Virus record (IMG/VR): IMGVR_UViG_3300027963_000039
DNA from: a virus
Strand: one strand, 5' to 3'
DNA: 64,000 bases
Under the pieces are notes generated by a model that ran no database searches, was not told the DNA's origin, and was given only the letters and a program-made list of their open reading frames with translations. A program made the position numbers and the translations under genes. Shown here piece by piece: positions 60,325-64,000 of this stretch; the first letter of the stretch is position 1, and every line of letters begins with the position of its first letter.

Positions 60325-62129
60325 TGGAAAATTTTTTAGGAAAAGACGGATTTATTTGGTGGACTGGTGTTATCGAAGATAGACAGGATCCATTAAATCT
60401 TGGTCGTTGTAAAGTTCGTATTTTTGGTTGGCACAGCGAAGATAAAATGTTGGTGCCTACCGAATCTTTACCTTGGGCTTTGCCAAAATTACCTGTAAAC
60501 AACTCTAGAACATTTACAACACCAACTGAAGGTGAATGGGTTACAGGTTATTTTTTTGATGGTTCATCGGCGCAATTTCCTGTTTATGATGGTGTTCTTC
60601 CGGGAATTGCAAGATCAGGTTCAAGTCCACAAGTTGGATTTTCTGATCCTAGAACACCAGAACAACTAATGAATAGTCCTGCACCACCAGCAAAAAATAT
60701 AATTGCACAAGATGGTTCAGGCACAACAACTGAAAGCAAACCTGCGGTTAGAAATCCTGCTGATATTGGATTTCCAAGTACAAATAAACTTTCTATCAAT
60801 GACTTGATGAATGCTGCGCCGCAGATGTTGGAAAGAGCTTTCAATGTTGTAAAAGATATCAAGGGACCAGAAGCAAAAACTTTAGGCACAGAGATTGCAG
60901 GTGCTGCTCAGGGTGCAGCTGCAGCACTTCAAGGTATTCAACCTAATCTAGAAGCACTGGTACCAAAAGCAAGTGAATTGGCTGCAAGTATTCAACCAAA
61001 TTTGGGAAGTTTAGCTGCAAAGTTTGGACCAGAATTTAAAGCTGCACTAGATGAAGCCGCACCAAAAATTCAAGCGGGAGTAACAGCTTTACCTGGACAA
61101 GTATCTGGACTAGCTTCTTCCGTTACAGAAGGAATAACTAGGGCACAATCAGAAATTAGTACTGGATTATCTGCTGGTTTAGCAGACGTACAATCTAAAA
61201 TTAACGATGGAAGTTTAAAAGCACAATTTCAAAAAGACTTGGCAGAAGCACAGAAGAACATAGCTGCTTCGGAACAATCTGTAGCCGAACAAATAGCAAA
61301 AGCACAAAACGCTGCAAGTGAAACTTTAGCCAAAGTTAACCAAGCATCTTCAAAAGATTTAACGACATTACAAGCAGAATCAAAAAATATTGCTGGCGCT
61401 ATTTCAGAAAAACTAAAAGAACTATCAGCAGCAAACATTAGTACAAAAACTCCAGTCATTTTAAGTCCAGCTACGATTGGATCAACAAACGCATCAACAA
61501 CTTCTGCAACTCCTGCCATTTTTGGTGCAGGAACTATTGCTGGCATAACATCATTTACAACATCATTTGAATCTAATTTATATAAAAATACTCCTGATGA
61601 TCAATTGACATATACAGGTTTAGACGAAATAGCTTGGGATAGAGTTAACGCAGAAAGATTGAGAAGAAAACTACCAAGTTTAACAGATATAGGTTCACCT
61701 AGACCACCAACAGATCAACCACCACCAGAACCAAAAGCAAATTTAGGTGCTGTGGCGCCAGCACCTTTGGTCGCAACTATGGCACCAAATCCAATTCCAA
61801 ATGAAGTTCCTTTGGAGAAAGTTTCTAGTACACAAAAAAAATCATTTGAAAATTCTTTAGATTTATTTGATAGGATGGTTGCAGAAGATGTTTCTAGTTT
61901 ATTAGGACAATTACCTTCTGTAACAAATCGAGATGGATTTATTGTATTTTTTGAAAAACAAAATGCGCTTACTGCAAAATGGGACGGCAAAGCCAGTGAA
62001 ATACAAAGTGCTCTCACAGGTGATGATAAACAAACAGCTTTCACTTCAACATACTCTACCACTAATAAAGCATCAAGGAATATTAAGAAAGCAGTAGATG
62101 CACGAATTCAAGTATTAAACGCACAATAG
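60324..62129 (+). CDS. gp5: gp5 N-terminal OB-fold with long Ala-rich extension
   Basis: WWTGVIEDRQDPL.LGRCKVRIFG.H, LPWA and GYFFDG motifs. Confidence 0.85.
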   Translation: MENFLGKDGFIWWTGVIEDRQDPLNLGRCKVRIFGWHSEDKMLVPTESLPWALPKLPVNNSRTFTTPTEGEWVTGYFFDGSSAQFPVYDGVLPGIARSGSSPQVGFSDPRTPEQLMNSPAPPAKNIIAQDGSGTTTESKPAVRNPADIGFPSTNKLSINDLMNAAPQMLERAFNVVKDIKGPEAKTLGTEIAGAAQGAAAALQGIQPNLEALVPKASELAASIQPNLGSLAAKFGPEFKAALDEAAPKIQAGVTALPGQVSGLASSVTEGITRAQSEISTGLSAGLADVQSKINDGSLKAQFQKDLAEAQKNIAASEQSVAEQIAKAQNAASETLAKVNQASSKDLTTLQAESKNIAGAISEKLKELSAANISTKTPVILSPATIGSTNASTTSATPAIFGAGTIAGITSFTTSFESNLYKNTPDDQLTYTGLDEIAWDRVNAERLRRKLPSLTDIGSPRPPTDQPPPEPKANLGAVAPAPLVATMAPNPIPNEVPLEKVSSTQKKSFENSLDLFDRMVAEDVSSLLGQLPSVTNRDGFIVFFEKQNALTAKWDGKASEIQSALTGDDKQTAFTSTYSTTNKASRNIKKAVDARIQVLNAQ

Positions 62130-62138
62130 GGATAAAAA

Positions 62139-62945
62139 ATGGCAGGAGAATTAGAACTAGCACTTGAACAATCCAATAGTCAGTTGGCAGCTTTAACAGA
62201 GATTCAAGATAATAAAAAAAACTATGATCAAAAGAGTGATCAGCTTGAAGGAGTTCTTTACCCAAATAACGAATCAAATGAACCTGTAACATCATACGAT
62301 TCGAAATATCCTTATAATAACGCTACGATAACCGAATCTGGTCACACTTTCGAACTAGATGATACTCCTGGTGCTGAAAGAGTATCTTTATCACACAGAA
62401 CAGGAACATTTTTCGAAATTCATCCTAGTGGTTCTAAAGTGGAGAAGATTGTAAATGATAATATGCAAATTATTGTAAAGAACAATGAAGTGTATATTAT
62501 GGGTAATGAGAAAAAGTCAACTCAAGGCAACTTAAAAGTTTACATCAAAGGAAGTGCCAAGTTACAAGTTGGTGGTGACGTTGAACTTGAAGTTAATGGT
62601 AATATGACCATGAAAGTTGATGGAATGTTTACTGCAATGGCAGAATCCTTTAATTTTGTTGGTGATATCAATCATGTAGGCGACTTAAAATCGACGGGAA
62701 ACATATTAAACCAAGGAAATATATCATCGGCTAAGAACATTCAGGCAGAACTTGATATTGTTGGCCATCAAGATTTGATTATTGCCAGAAACTCAAGTAT
62801 TGGTGGAAACGAAACTGTTACTGGAAATGAGACAATTGTAGGTAATTTGGCTGTAGAAGGATCGACTATTGGTAACGGCATCAACTTAAATTCTCATACT
62901 CATCCTGATGCACAGGGTGGAAATACAGGACCACCAAATGCTTAA
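62139..62945 (+). CDS. gp5 C-terminal spike (beta-helix with HxH apex)
   Basis: YPYN, ESGH.FE.DDTPG.ER, HRTGT, beta repeats and SHTH. Confidence 0.85.
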   Translation: MAGELELALEQSNSQLAALTEIQDNKKNYDQKSDQLEGVLYPNNESNEPVTSYDSKYPYNNATITESGHTFELDDTPGAERVSLSHRTGTFFEIHPSGSKVEKIVNDNMQIIVKNNEVYIMGNEKKSTQGNLKVYIKGSAKLQVGGDVELEVNGNMTMKVDGMFTAMAESFNFVGDINHVGDLKSTGNILNQGNISSAKNIQAELDIVGHQDLIIARNSSIGGNETVTGNETIVGNLAVEGSTIGNGINLNSHTHPDAQGGNTGPPNA

Positions 62946-63762
62946 TTTGGAAAATTCGAATTTTTGCGTTCCGGCCCAAGAATTTTTTCCGACAGCTTCA
63001 AGACTTGAAAAAGTCAATTTAGTTTATTCAAAAGAAGAAAGTGACGAAAGAATTATTCAAGAGGTTTCTATTTTTGATGCACGAAATATTGTAGATGCAT
63101 CATTGGATACAAATGGTTTCATATTACGAAATCTTAATACAAAAATTAAAAATTTTTTAAATTTAGATGAAGTAGAAAATGTATATTATGATGAAATTTC
63201 AGAGTTAATAAAAAAAGAAACTGGTGCAAAAGATATTGTTATATTTAACCATACGCTTCGTACTGGAAATGAATTGGAACAACGTGAAGTGAAACAAAAA
63301 TTTACTCAATGTTGCATCTTAACTCCTACTAAAAGAATACATAATGACTACACAGATTGGTCTGGACCACAAGAAGTGTGTATTAGATTGCCAGAACAGT
63401 CTGAAAATTTATTAAAAAGAAAATTTTCTATAATACATACTTGGCAACCAATTAAACCCATATTTTCTGACCCTTTAGCTATTGTTGATGCTCAAAGTGT
63501 TGCAGAAGAAGATTTAATTACTAAAACTTATGTGAGTACAGACAGAACAAATCAGACCTATCAGATGAAATTTAATCAAAATCATAAATGGTATTATTAT
63601 CCGAACATGCAGCCATCCGAGATATTATTATTTAAGGGTTATGACTCAGAAAAAGATGGAAGAACAAGGTTTACACCACATGGTTCGTTTATTGATCCAA
63701 ATTATACAATCGATGTACCACCAAGAAAGAGTATTGAGGTCAGAACGTTCGCTTTTTTCTAA
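62938..63762 (+). CDS. CmcJ/NvfI (AsaB)-like oxidoreductase; start uncertain
   Basis: H.DYT, W.PI, PLA..D, KWYY and PH.SF...R.SIEVR motifs. Confidence 0.75.
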   Translation: MLNLENSNFCVPAQEFFPTASRLEKVNLVYSKEESDERIIQEVSIFDARNIVDASLDTNGFILRNLNTKIKNFLNLDEVENVYYDEISELIKKETGAKDIVIFNHTLRTGNELEQREVKQKFTQCCILTPTKRIHNDYTDWSGPQEVCIRLPEQSENLLKRKFSIIHTWQPIKPIFSDPLAIVDAQSVAEEDLITKTYVSTDRTNQTYQMKFNQNHKWYYYPNMQPSEILLFKGYDSEKDGRTRFTPHGSFIDPNYTIDVPPRKSIEVRTFAFF

Positions 63763-63783
63763 TATAAGCTTAATAAATAAACA

Positions 63784-64000
63784 ATGGCAACTAAACTAAA
63801 TTTATATTCGGACATAGATTTCACCTTCACCAAGAAACCGGTGACGGGTGATGTTGCTTTGAGTTATAACGAATCGGCCGTAATTAGATCCATTAGAAAT
63901 CTTTTACTGACGGATCAGTTTGAAAGACCTTTTAATCCAACTTTGGGTTCTAACATCAACGCTTTATTGTTTGAACCAGACACACCATTTACAGCAAGTT
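63784..64000 (+). CDS. gp25: Baseplate wedge gp25 (partial)
   Basis: Manual translation YSDIDF...AVIRSIRNLLLT..FERPFNP.LGS....LLFE. Confidence 0.88.
   Translation, partial: MATKLNLYSDIDFTFTKKPVTGDVALSYNESAVIRSIRNLLLTDQFERPFNPTLGSNINALLFEPDTPFTAS

Noticed and set aside
1-64000. Stop-codon reassignment
   Set aside because: Core genes are intact under the standard code, and TAA, TAG and TGA all end recognisable genes.

Overview
A 64-kb segment of an AT-rich T4-like myophage genome, read with the standard genetic code. A Bug/TctC solute-binding gene and a tmRNA tag of ANDSQFALAA suggest a betaproteobacterial host (inference). Order of regions: lysis, membrane and secreted genes (1-5.5 kb); replication and nucleotide metabolism (primase, thyX, nrdA, thioredoxin, nrdB, GIY-YIG nuclease, RNase H; 5.5-14 kb); a long accessory/early region of small ORFs with sigma70-like promoters and CobS/CobT-like proteins (14-45 kb); a permuted two-piece tmRNA, gp33, gp59, gp32 and a transporter/outer-membrane pair (45-51 kb); and the tail/baseplate module (51-64 kb). 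The strongest leads are: (1) a family of mini-genes built from three DNA-conserved blocks and two hypervariable segments, whose 3' block supplies the RBS and start codon of the next gene; (2) the circularly permuted tmRNA; (3) a predicted -1 frameshift fusing gp26 to gp51 in a lambda G/GT-like arrangement; (4) two palindromic operator families placed mostly 15-16 bp upstream of early -35 boxes; (5) a 21-bp inverted repeat and A-tract locus at 21.5-21.9 kb. All product calls come from motif recognition and synteny by eye, not from database searches.
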